A DNA stretch of 63,433 nt, filler included, from Octopus bimaculoides (GCF_001194135.2; 6 parts of 6 records of this genome joined end to end with filler, not necessarily neighbours in it); one strand, 5' to 3'. Numbered from the whole stretch's first letter, positions 1 to 11,026 are shown. The notes: a model not told the origin generated them from the letters alone. Translations and numbers: made by a program.

Positions 1-225
1 CGGTGAGCTGACAGAATTGTTAGCACACCAGGCGAAATGCTTAGCGGTGTTCTATCTGTCTTTACATTCTGAGTTCAAATTCTGCCAAGGTCGACTTTGT
101 CTTTCGTCCTTTCAGGGATCGATTAAATAAGTACCAGTTACACACTGGGGTTGATGTAATCGACTTAATCCTTTTGTCTGTCCTTGTTTGTCTCTTCTAT
201 GTTTAGCCCCCTGTGAGCAATAAAA
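1..225 (+). mobile_element. SINE family A copy (tRNA-like head, central CTTTCGTCCTTTCAGGGATCGATTAAATAAGTACCAG block)
   Basis: Alignable by eye with copies at 19097-19322, 19337-19552 and 3' fragments at 15799-15870 (minus) and 42839-42941. Confidence 0.75.
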
Positions 226-628
226 TATTTTGGTGTTTCTTTGTATCAGTACTTCTCAAATGGATGATGATGATGTGTGTGTGTGTGTGTGAGAGAGAGA
301 GACAGATAGAGTATGAGTGTATGTGTATCTGTGTGAATGTGCACTATTTTCAATGATCTATGCAACAGAGAGAAATGTCAACATTTGTGGCTGGGCTGCA
401 TTTGTTGATATTCCCTGTCAACAAATTATCTGTTAGCTCTGTGCTTTCAAATTCTTCAGGAAAATAAAATTCCCTAAGTTGAAAAATATGGGCTTGGTGG
501 CAAGAAGAGCATCTGGCCATAAGAAACTTGCTTCATGTACCCTTCTGTCTAAACCTTTATTACAATTAGAAACATACATTAGATAAATAAATATGTGAAT
601 ACAAATATGCACATCCTAATATATATGA

Positions 629-629
<1 letters not shown>

Positions 630-707
<78 letters not shown>

Positions 708-716
708 TGTGTGTAT
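630..716. repeat. (TG)n/(TGCG)n microsatellite
   Basis: Directly visible; source of the spurious ORF 629-895. Confidence 0.95.
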
Positions 717-719
717 ATA

Positions 720-1761
720 TTAGGTTGTTTCACATGAAATGTTGCATTTTTAATTACTTGTTATTTCGGACATTTAAAAACTCAATTATGTATGCCTTGC
801 ATTTAATCTTGACTCTTTTTCTTTCTAAACAATATTGGTATACAAAATTCGTACCCACAGACCTTATGAAAATGATAACAACCAAACTATATTGAGTGAT
901 TTTCTTGTATGAGTACAAACTGGGTCACTCTGCTGCAGAAGCTCTACGGAATATCAAGCGGGACTTTGGTAATGGTTTTGTTGACATCAGAACTGTTCAG
1001 AGATGGTTCTAAAGATCTCATTCAGGAGATGATAGCCTTGGAAATGAACCAAGGGGGAGGCCAAAGTCAGTTATTCGGCATGATGAATTAAATGCTTTGG
1101 TTGAACAAAATCCGAGAACAAAGGTTCGAAAACTTTCATCACAACTCCAAACATCTTGCACAACTGCTTTTGGACACTTGGAAAAAATTGGAAAAGTCAA
1201 GAAAACGGATAGGTTTGTTCCACATCAACTGAACGAGATAAAAAAAAAAACCAATGCCTCGAAGTGTGCTCTTTATTGCTTTCTTAACTAGGAGAAGACC
1301 ATTTTTGCATCAAATCATTACTTGTGATGAAAAATGGATACTCTTTGACAACAGCAGGAGAACAGGACAGTGATTAGATGCAGTAGAGTCACCTAAACAC
1401 TACTCAAACCAACCGTTGCACCCTAAAAAGTTAGTGGTCACTGTATGGTGGTCTGCGGAGGGAGTTAGTCATTATTCATTTTTGCAACAAGGGAAAATGG
1501 TAACAGCAACATCGTATTGCCAAGAAATTGATTGTATGCATGAGAATTTGAAAAAGAAGCAACCCAGACAAGTGAATAGAGATGACCCAATTTAGCCCAA
1601 TGACAATGCACATCCTCACACTCCTCAGGCTATGGTTCAAAAGTTGCAAAGCCTGAATAATGAGATTTTGCAACATCCTCCCTATTCCCCTAATATCTCT
1701 CCTACTGATCATCACTTATTTAAATATTTTGAGCTTTTCATAAGAAATAAAACATTCTTCA
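720..1761 (+). mobile_element. mariner (DD34D) DNA transposon relic; right end lost in the N gap
   Basis: Left end TA|TTAGGTTGTTTCACATGAAATGTTGCATTTTT resembles mariner TIRs and precedes a degenerate transposase. Confidence 0.9.
866..1761 (+). pseudogene. mariner transposase pseudogene
   Basis: Manual translation gives IRTVQRWF (HTH), FVPHQL (WVPHEL-like), IITCDEKWI, DNAHPH and HPPYSPNISPTDHHLF, with 34 residues between the 2nd and 3rd Asp. Several stops and frameshifts (poly-A near 1240). Confidence 0.92.
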
Positions 1762-2632
1762 NNNNNNNNNNNNNNNNNNNNNNNNNNNNNNNNNNNNNNN
1801 NNNNNNNNNNNNNNNNNNNNNNNNNNNNNNNNNNNNNNNNNNNNNNNNNNNNNNNNNNNNNNNNNNNNNNNNNNNNNNNNNNNNNNNNNNNNNNNNNNNN
1901 NNNNNNNNNNNNNNNNNNNNNNNNNNNNNNNNNNNNNNNNNNNNNNNNNNNNNNNNNNNNNNNNNNNNNNNNNNNNNNNNNNNNNNNNNNNNNNNNNNNN
2001 NNNNNNNNNNNNNNNNNNNNNNNNNNNNNNNNNNNNNNNNNNNNNNNNNNNNNNNNNNNNNNNNNNNNNNNNNNNNNNNNNNNNNNNNNNNNNNNNNNNN
2101 NNNNNNNNNNNNNNNNNNNNNNNNNNNNNNNNNNNNNNNNNNNNNNNNNNNNNNNNNNNNNNNNNNNNNNNNNNNNNNNNNNNNNNNNNNNNNNNNNNNN
2201 NNNNNNNNNNNNNNNNNNNNNNNNNNNNNNNNNNNNNNNNNNNNNNNNNNNNNNNNNNNNNNNNNNNNNNNNNNNNNNNNNNNNNNNNNNNNNNNNNNNN
2301 NNNNNNNNNNNNNNNNNNNNNNNNNNNNNNNNNNNNNNNNNNNNNNNNNNNNNNNNNNNNNNNNNNNNNNNNNNNNNNNNNNNNNNNNNNNNNNTATATA
2401 TATATATATACAGGCATAAATATACAGATATGTACATATACACATATGTACATACATATTCACACACACACATATGTACATACACATATACATATGTACA
2501 CAAATACATGCACATCCATACATACATACAAAAATATACTGGGACCAGTGATAACTCTTGCATGAAGGGGTTCCAAATATCATGGAAACTGATTCCAGCC
2601 AAACCCTGTTATTAGTGAGACCTTGCAGCGAT

Positions 2633-2960
2633 ACATCACCATCATCATCATTTAATATCTGTTGTTCATGCTAGCCTGGGTTGGACGGTGTGACCAGAGC
2701 CGGGAAGCTGGCGTGGGGGGGAGGTTCTGCCCCAAACTCCAATCTGATTTGGCATGGCTTCTACAGCTGGATGCCCTTCCCAACACCAACCACTTTATAG
2801 TGTGCTGGATATTTTTATGTGGCACCACATGGGTGCTTGTACATGGCACTGCATGGATGCTTTTACTTGACGCCCCACATGTACTTTTATGTGATGCCAC
2901 ACAGGTGCTTTTACATGTTGCCGCATGGGTGCTTTTATGTGGTACTGCTTATCCTAACTC
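2633..2960 (-). mobile_element. SINE-like family E copy ((GAT)n tail) with internal 24-bp tandem array
   Basis: Reverse complement of the 3' part of 3225-3694; homologous to 8889-9303. Confidence 0.75.
2813..2950. repeat. 24-bp degenerate minisatellite, about 5.7 units (TTTTATGTGGCACCACATGGGTGC-like)
   Basis: Units start at 2813, 2837, 2861, 2885, 2909 and 2933. Confidence 0.85.
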
Positions 2961-3224
2961 ACAACAGGTCATAAGGTTCCTATAAGAGATTAAGTTTATT
3001 AAGGATCAACAGATTAAGCACCTAGAAGCTGACCCACATGCACTCATTTATATACACGCGCTTATATACACCAAATCTATACGGATTCAGTTATAAACAC
3101 ATTTATGAATACGTTTATACAATGTGTATAACCATAATATAAATATATGCATGTGTGTGTGTGTGTGTGTGCGCGTCTGTGTGTGTAGAAAGGGGACTGT
3201 TTTGTATTGATGTATTACGCATTA

Positions 3225-3694
3225 TATGCATACGACGACTGGCACCCATGCCAACGTTGTCTCCTTCATTGGAACCGAAACTCTGCTTACGAAGACCTAT
3301 TGGGGCAAGCGAAAGCAAAACCGTCAATGGCACCTGTGCCCAGCATCACCTTCCTGGTACTTGTGCCAGATGGCACATGTAAAAACATTCAAGCGAGATC
3401 GTTGCCAGTGCCGCCAAACTGGCTCCTGTGCAGGTGGCACGTAAAATACACCCTTTTGACCATGGCCATTGCCAGTACCGCCTAACTGGCCTTCATGCCA
3501 GTGGCACGTAAAAGCACCCACTACACTCTCAGAGTGGTTGGCATTAGGAAGGGCATCCAGCTGTAGAAACTCTGCCAAATCAGATTGGAGCCTGGTGTAG
3601 CCATCTGGTTTCTCCAGTCCTCAGTCAAATCGTCCAACCCATGCTAGCATGGAAAGCGGACATTAAATGACGATGATGATGATGATGATGATGA
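3225..3694 (+). mobile_element. SINE-like family E copy with three internal GGCACGTAAAA-ending modules and (GAT)n tail
   Basis: Matches the reverse complement of 8889-9303; ends CATGCTAGCATGGAAAGCGGACATTAAATGACGATGATGATG. Confidence 0.8.
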
Positions 3695-4921
3695 TATATA
3701 TGTGAGTACATATATATTTGTATTTACTTCTCTGTGTGTGTATGTATGTATGTTTGTATGAATATATATATATATATATATATATATACAAACATTGAAT
3801 CACACATTTTCATGTATTTGAGTGTGTATTAGTGTACATATAATGTACATATGAATGTTCGTTAGTATATTTATGTTTATGCATGTATGTATAAAAATAT
3901 TTGTGTGTGAATAAATATGTGCACATACATATATGTATATATATATTTGCATATGTATATATAAATACACATTCTATGTAAATACAATATCTATATATTG
4001 TATGCATATGTTTGTGTGTGTGTGTATGTATGTGTATATATATTTACGTTGTATACGCACTGTCAATAAGAAGTGATTAGTATTCTCTGGTGAACTGTGA
4101 GGAAGCATTTCATGGATGGTTGGTTTAATTCCTTAAACTGAACAAACATTTAAGATCAAAGACTCTCAGTGCTAAGTCTTTCCACCTGGGTACAGTATGG
4201 AAATCCAGTGGAATCATCATCACTACCAGCTTCATCATTACTTTCCTCCTCCTCCTCCTCCCCATCATCATCACCATAATCATCATCATCAGCAGCAGCA
4301 GCAGCACCACATTCATTAGCGTTTTTGTTGATATATTGTCGGAAAAGTGTAATAAAGTTACGAAATGATTAAACAATTTTCGATGGTATTTTAACTCTGT
4401 CTAAAGACACCATGTTTTTGTGTCACACTTCTTGATGTGGTTGATGGTCAATGCAGCCTGCGGTCACGGTCGGTGAGGTAATAGTTGCTATGGCTGAGTG
4501 GTCCTTGTCAACTTTACTCAAGTGCATCTACAGTACAAAGATCACTACATAGAGTAAAAGAGAAACAAGCATATCCAGCACTTCAGATGTGCACACATAT
4601 AAAAACAGAAATAGGGTCATTTTCCTCATTTATCTATAGTTACTTGTTGAGTCTAAGGTAATGGACAGTACCCATTATCTCTGCAGGCCCATTCTGAGGC
4701 CAGTGAGCCTAACGCTGTTTAATGTTCCTTTTAATCAGTAGGAGGTCAATGTTTGCTACCTGCAGGTAGGACATGAGCAAGAAACTTCTGGAGGAATGAT
4801 ATTCTAGGAAAGAAGAACTGGAAATAAGGACTAGATTAGGGCTGAAGGGGTTGGATACACCAAGAGTGACAAAAGGTAGCAAGATGACAGGGTTAGGTGT
4901 GTCTCATTGCTGGGGGTATTC

Positions 4922-5130
4922 TTTTACCTGTTTAGCCATTGGACTATGGTCATGCTGGGGCACAGCTTTGAGGTTTTTTTTCTTTTCGTTTTAGAACAGA
5001 TTGCTCCCTCCCAATACTTATTTTTTCAAAGTCTAATCTCTTTACAGGGATGTAAGCAAACCAACACCTGTTGTCAAGTAGTAAGGGGAGAACACCAGCA
5101 ACACATACACAAAGACACATGCACACACAC
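4922..5130 (-). mobile_element. SINE family B, 3' half, degenerate
   Basis: Similar to the 3' halves of 19662-20056 and 29470-29916. Confidence 0.55.
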
Positions 5131-5137
5131 ACATAAA

Positions 5138-5460
5138 TACTGGCACTCTGTTGGTTATGACAACAAGGGTTCCAGTTGATCCAATCGATGGAACGGTCTG
5201 CTTGTGAAATTAATATGCAAGTGGTTGAGCACTCCACAAACATGCGTACCCTTAATGTAGTTTTCAGGTAGATTCAACGTGTTATGGAGTGTGACAAGGC
5301 TGGCCCTTTGCAATACAAGCACTACTCATGTTTGCCAGCTGAGTGGATTGGAACAATGTGAAGTAAAGATTCTTGCTCAAGGACACAATGTGTCACTGGG
5401 AACTGAACTCACAATCTTATGATCATAAGCCAAATATTCTAACCACTAAGTCATGCACCT
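5138..5460 (-). mobile_element. SINE family D (tRNA-like head, TGTGTCCTTGAGCAAG body, 3' module shared with family C)
   Basis: Minus strand begins GGTGCATGACTTAGTGGTTAG...GAGTTCAGTTCCC (A/B-box-like); 5138-5330 is homologous to the 3' module of 5551-5927 and 61461-61840. Confidence 0.7.
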
Positions 5461-5492
5461 TCACACACACACATATACATATACTGTATGTG

Positions 5493-5540
<48 letters not shown>

Positions 5541-5550
5541 NNNNNNNNNN

Positions 5551-5927
5551 GTGAAGGCGCATTGGCCCAGTGGCTAGGGCAGCGGACTCGCAGTTTCGAT
5601 TCCCAGATCGGGCGTTGAAGTGTTTATTGAGCAAAAACATCTAAAGCTCCATGTGGCTCCGGCAGAGGATTGTGGCGAACCCTGCTGTACTCTTTCACCA
5701 CAACTTTCTCTCACTCTATCTTCCTGTTTCTGTTGTGCCTGTAATTCAAAGGGTCAGGCTTATCACACTGTGTCAAGCTGAATATTCCAGAGAACTACGT
5801 CAAGGGTACACGTGTCTGTGGAGTGCTCAGCCACTTGCAAGTTAATTTCATGAGCAGGCTGTTCCGTTGGTGGGATCAACTGGAACCCTCTAAGTCGTAA
5901 GCGACGGAGTGCCAACAACAACAACAA
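5551..5927 (+). mobile_element. SINE family C, near full length, (AAC)n tail
   Basis: A box TGGCCCAGTGG and B-box-like GTTTCGATTCCC; homologous along its length to 61461-61840 (minus). Confidence 0.85.
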
Positions 5928-6291
5928 TATATAAATAAATAATTTGGGAAAACAAATTTCCAAATCAATCAGGTGTAACCCTACAGCGTTATATGCATCT
6001 ACATATCGTACTTTGGGGTCTTATTTATCATATATTTATATATTTATCTATAAATATACAAAGTATCTGATAAAAGTCAATATTCAATTTTTGGGGATTA
6101 ATCGATATGCGGGTATTTTATTTCAGATAATACAAAAATAACCTAATAAGTATATCTGACAGTAAACTCATGGTATCAGTTTGTACATCACGAAATAACG
6201 CTTAAAAGGTATAACCAAAATTACCAGCTGGGTCTAGAATGCACTTCGTTAATTATATCATACTTTAGTCAATACTTATATTTATTAAATC

Positions 6292-6434
6292 AAATATGAA
6301 GGAACTACACATGTTTCAGTATTGGAAGATTACAATATATATACACAACTGTATACCTATATATATACATATATAAATACATATATGCAATCATCAGATT
6401 TACAATTATTCCAACACCTCTTCAAGTTCTATTT
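6292..6434 (-). ncRNA. type I hammerhead ribozyme (C3U variant, extended stem II)
   Basis: Minus strand reads AAATA GAAC | TTGAAGA | GGTGTTGGAA [81 nt] TTCCAATACT | GAAAC ATGT GTA^ GTTC CTTCA TATTT. Stem I GAAC/GTTC plus AAATA/TATTT, 10-bp stem II, stem III AC/GT with a tetraloop, GUA cleavage triplet. Confidence 0.7.
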
Positions 6435-7457
6435 CAAAATATTATATATCTAATTTTACATCCCCTTAAAATAAGCAATACAATTAAGCATTAAAGATTA
6501 AAAATTACAAATTAGAAATTAAGAATAAAAGAATAAAAAATTAAGAATAAAATAAAAGTTAAGAATAAAAATTATACTTTGTAATATTAAGAATTAAAAT
6601 TTATAAATTATACATTATAAATATGAATTAGTATATATATCATTCATGTAAAATCAAGTATATGTCAAATACAGAATGTGAGATATAAGATTAAACATCA
6701 GAATAAAAATGTCTGTGTTTAAATTTGATATATAACAAGAAAAATTCAAATACATATCTTCCATTTTTTTGCTGGTACTAAAATGGTGATTTGAGGAAGA
6801 AGATAGCAGGGAACTATGGGTATTTATAGGTGATTAGTACCAAGGGGGGTAATTACACTATACATAGTTTTAATTTTAAATTATCCTCTATNNNNNNNNN
6901 NNNNNNNNNNNNNNNNNNNNNNNNNNNNNNNNNNNNNNNNNNNNNNNNNNNNNNNNNNNNNNNNNNNNNNNNNNNNNNNNNNNNNNNNNNNNNNNNNNNN
7001 NNNNNNNNNNNNNNNNNNNNNNNNNNNNNNNNNNNNNNNNNNNNNNNNNNNNNNNNNNNNNNNNNNNNNNNNNNNNNNNNNNNNNNNNNNNNNNNNNNNN
7101 NNNNNNNNNNNNNNNNNNNNNNNNNNNNNNNNNNNNNNNNNNNNNNNNNNNNNNNNNNNNNNNNNNNNNNNNNNNNNNNNNNNNNNNNNNNNNNNNNNNN
7201 NNNNNNNNNNNNNNNNNNNNNNNNNNNNNNNNNNNNNNNNNNNNNNNNNNNNNNNNNNNNNNNNNNNNNNNNNNNNNNNNNNNNNNNNNNNNNNNNNNNN
7301 NNNNNNNNNNNNNNNNNNNNNNNNNNNNNNNNNNNNNNNNNNNNNNNNNNNNNNNNNNNNNNNNNNNNNNNNNNNNNNNNNNNNNNNNNNNNNNNNNNNN
7401 NNNNNNNNNNNNNNNNNNNNNNNNNNNNNNNNNNNNNNNNNNNNNNNNNNNNNNNNN

Positions 7458-7627
7458 ATATATATATATATATATATACAACGGGCTTCTTTCAGTTTCT
7501 GTCTACCAAATCCACTCACAAGGCTTTGGTCGGCCCGAGGCTAGAGTAGAAGAAACTTGTCCAAGGTGCCACGCAGTGGAATTGAACTCAGAACCATGTG
7601 GTTGAGAAGCAAGCTACTTACCACACA
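7458..7627 (-). mobile_element. SINE family B, 5' half, inserted just after the PLE ORF
   Basis: Reverse complement of the head GTGTGGTAAGTAGCTTGCTT...CACCTTGGACAAGT...GAAAGAAGCCCGT; runs into (TA)n and a gap. Confidence 0.85.
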
Positions 7628-7628
7628 A

Positions 7629-8885
7629 GGGGTTCGGGGTCCAGTACTTCATTTTACTAAATGTAAAATTACTTCGGTGCATACATTTTACTCCTCGTTC
7701 ATCATGTGTGTTTAGTAATTTATCTGTAGACTGTAGGAATTGCATAAATTCAGTTATGCATAATAAACACATTTTATTCCCAATATTATAGGAGTGGGCT
7801 CTACCTATAATACTCCAATTAAGGGTGTACTCTCTTTTTCTAGATTTTTATTCCCATATTTATTTACTTAAGCCTGTAGACTTACTTAAATTGGGATTTT
7901 TAAAGGTCTGGTAGTGTTGGGATATTCTTTTTTAAATTTCATGAGCTGTAGATCCAATAGAAACCTTATTTATGATTTTATTATTATTGTTCTTAGAGCT
8001 AACTATACATTTATAAATTACATTATCTATTTTACAGTTATTAGAGAGATTACATTTAGTCTTATCATGACATGAACATTTTTCTATATGTTGATTAAGA
8101 CTTCTATCGCTATCGGTTATATTATGGCTAGAGCTATTATTCATTATGCTATTATAATACTTATTTAATTTCTTATTATTTATAGAGGAAATGATATTGC
8201 CTACATTTCTCGATGTTGAGTATTCCACTCTTATAGTTTTATTGGAAAATATATTTGAATAACTATTGTCCTTTTTAAAAAACATTTTTACTATTTTAAG
8301 TTTCTCCTTAATGATATTAGTCATAACTTGATCCCTGTACAGAATAATTAACCATATAATATCTTTTATATTATCATTATTAGTAGACATCATCGGTATT
8401 AAATTGTTATTCTTAGGTATATTATATCTCTTTATGTATACTTTATTATGTTTCTTACTATTGTTCATATTCTCATTATCATTATTACTATAATTATTAT
8501 AATCATTATTAACAGCTATATTATTTTTATCTTTATTTAGTTTGTTATATTGTCTTTTATTATTATTATTCATATTTTTACTGTTAGATTTATTATTAGT
8601 TTTATTAGGAATACTTGTTATATTATTATTAATGTGTTCATAATAATTAAAGAATTTTATTTTAGAGTTGTATCCTGCTTCTTTTAATGCTTTATTATAA
8701 TATGGGGCATGTTTATTAAAAGTGTCGTAATCTGAGGATAACATGGATATTCTTTTGCCTATATTATTTATTAAGGCTTCTTTAACTGATTTCGGATGGT
8801 TACTTGAAGAACTAATATACTTTAGGTTTTCATTCAACTTATGAAATGGATGGATCTTATTAGTGACTAGATTAAGATTGAGTGT
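7629..8885 (-). pseudogene. PLE reverse transcriptase C-terminus plus GIY-YIG endonuclease pseudogene
   Basis: NLNLVTNKIHPFHKLNENLKYISSSSNHP...KALKEAGY (thumb), DIIW...TNI...IFS...YS, CSCHDKTKC...VIYKC...IGST. After the stop at 7932 the frame continues KRISQH...STGLSK*IWE*K...W...CLLC..E...KCMHR, with three in-frame TAA stops and no frameshift. Confidence 0.88.
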
Positions 8886-8888
8886 GTG

Positions 8889-9303
8889 TCATCATCATCG
8901 TTTAACGTCCGCTTTCCATGCTAGCATGGGTTGGACGATTTGACTGAGGGCTGGTGAAACCAGATGGCTACACCAGTCTCCAATCTGATCTGGCAGAGTT
9001 TCTACAGCCGGATGCCCTTCCTAACACCAACCACTCAGAGAGTGTAGTGGGTGCTTTTACGTGTCACCGGCACGAAGGCCAGTCAAGTGGTACTGGCAAC
9101 GGCGACGCTCAAAATGGTGTATTTTATGTGCCACCCTCACAAGAGCCAGTCCAGGGGCACTGGCAACGATCTCACTTGAAAATCCTTACACATGTCACAA
9201 GCACAAGTGCCAGAAAGGCGACGCTGGGCACAGGTGCCATCCCGATTTCGCTTGCCCCAGTAAGTCATCGCAAGCTGAATTTCGTGTCCAATGAAGGAGA
9301 CGA
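8889..9303 (-). mobile_element. SINE-like family E copy abutting the 5' truncation of the PLE
   Basis: Starts with the (TCA)n tail complement; homologous to 3225-3694. Confidence 0.82.
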
Positions 9304-9717
9304 ATAGAATAGAAATGACATGATAAATTGATTTCACTGGTTAAACATTTTGAACGTAAAACTAGTAATGTTTCACATTTGAGTTTGTGTTATAGCTTCA
9401 AAATTATAAATGTGTATAGCTTTCTAAAGAAACAAAGCCTTAAGAAAGGAAATTCAAACTACATCATTGTAATTTTATATATGAACGCGTGTATGTGCAT
9501 GTGTGTGTAAGAGAGAGATGGTTGAGTAAACAAGTTCAGAAAAAGCTTTTGTGTTTGCAAATAGTTTTAAACTGAAACCTTTAAAGTTTTAACTTAATTT
9601 TCAGAACATAAGATTTCTGTACAAGTAGCATTCATTAAAAATAAGAAATTAATGAGCAAAAGCTAATGTAGATAGAATAAGGCATTCAGGTGTTTACCTA
9701 TGAATTATTGAGAGTGC

Positions 9718-9749
<32 letters not shown>

Positions 9750-9752
9750 ATA

Positions 9753-11026
9753 CAGGGTGTGGTGAATAAATTGTCATCTAAATTACACAAAAATGAAAAT
9801 AACACTGATATCTCATTTTAACAGATATATCTTACCATAAATTACATAAAAATATCTTGAAATACTAAAGAGCAAATTTTTTTAATAAAATCACCATTGC
9901 CTTCAATCACGATCTCCAGACGACTTCGGAATCTCCTGCAGTTCTTCTGGTTGGTTTCCTTGTTTAAGCTGGTAAATGCTGACATAATCTCTACCTTCAG
10001 TTCATCTTCGATGTTACAAGGAGTTTTGTTGGTCTCTCGCTCAACTGCATCCCACACATAATAATCATGGGGATTGCAGTCTGGGGAGTTAGGTGGCCAG
10101 ATGTTAAGGGTGATGTGGTTGCAGAAATTGTCTGACAGCCATGACTGGGTTCTCCTGTTTGTGTGACATGGTGAAGAGTCCTGTTGTCAGACATAGCGTC
10201 TTCCAGCAGCCACCCTCTTGACCCAGGGCACTTGATGTAGGCCTCTGTATTTAGTCTGAGGCTGTGTGAGAAAATGAATGGAGGCATAACATCGCCAAAA
10301 CTAGTGATCACTCCAAACACCATGATGTTGACTGGACGTTTTATTTTTATCACTCTTGGTACATGTTCTGGGGACATGGCAAGCCAACGGTTGTTCTGTG
10401 CGTTCACCATTTGATCCTGGCAGAAATTTTTCTCATCTGAGAAAAACTGAAGTGTGTTCGGTTGGAGTTTGTTCAAATGGTTCATAGCATGGTCTTTCCT
10501 TTTGTCCTTGATGGCTTAGGATAAAACTTAGCCCTTTCTCATCTTGTATGAGGAATACTGAATGTCTTCATGCACTACCTGCCTGATAAGAAACTCAGAC
10601 ACTCCCATGTCCCTGGAGATGGACCTGATTGGCTTGGAGGGATCATTATCAATCATGACCTGGATCTCACCAACAAATTCAGGAGTTCTTTTCTTATCAG
10701 AACGATCAGAGTGAGTTTTTCAAGCTGCCATACCTTTGTAATCACCATTAGGCTCATCCAACACTTTCTGAATCCTCTGCACTGTCCTCAGATTGACACC
10801 CAAACACTTTGAAATGTTCATATTGGAGCTTCTGGTGCAAATTCCAGGCAGTACAGGATGTCATTTCCAAATTTCTGGCAGAGTGAATTGTGACATGGGT
10901 GCTGTTTTCCTCACAGAGTGCCCAACTGACCCTACTATATTGTGTAGTCAACAAAATCAAAAACAAACAATGCACATGCACGAAATTAAGAATATAAAAC
11001 GGCAACAATTTACCCATCACACCCTG
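9753..11026 (-). mobile_element. full-length DD37D (maT-type) Tc1/mariner element, inactive
   Basis: TA|CAGGGTGTGGTGAATAAATTGTC at the left end and GGCAACAATTTACCCATCACACCCTG|TA at the right end form an imperfect TIR pair with a TA TSD; 1274 bp. Confidence 0.92.
9842..10896 (-). pseudogene. DD37D transposase pseudogene
   Basis: FFSDEKNF, IMVFGVITS.GDVMPP, QQDSSPCH...WPPNSPDCNPHDYYVW with 37 residues between the Asp residues; several stops and a frameshift near 10225. Confidence 0.9.

Larger units (their letters stand above)
6290..8888 (-). mobile_element. Penelope-like element, 5'-truncated, interrupted by a SINE and an N gap
   Basis: RT thumb plus GIY-YIG coding relic (7629-8885), followed on the same strand by an AT-rich 3' region containing a hammerhead fold. 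Confidence 0.8.

Noticed and set aside
2813-2950. CRISPR-like array
   Set aside because: Contiguous degenerate 24-mers without unique spacers, in a eukaryotic SINE context, with no cas genes.
4430-4560. Possible minus-strand exon after a pyrimidine-rich acceptor
   Set aside because: The short open frame (MHLSKVDKDHSAIAT...) has no recognisable similarity and only a weak donor.
6392-6398. Inner CTGATGA as the core of a second nested hammerhead
   Set aside because: The stem that follows is closed by TTCC rather than GAAA, and the heptamer partly pairs within that stem.
7835-7934. Three in-frame TAA stops in the PLE endonuclease as evidence of an alternative genetic code or read-through
   Set aside because: The expected residues differ (Lys, Tyr/His, Leu) and each is one substitution from TAA in an AT-rich sequence; ordinary decay explains them.
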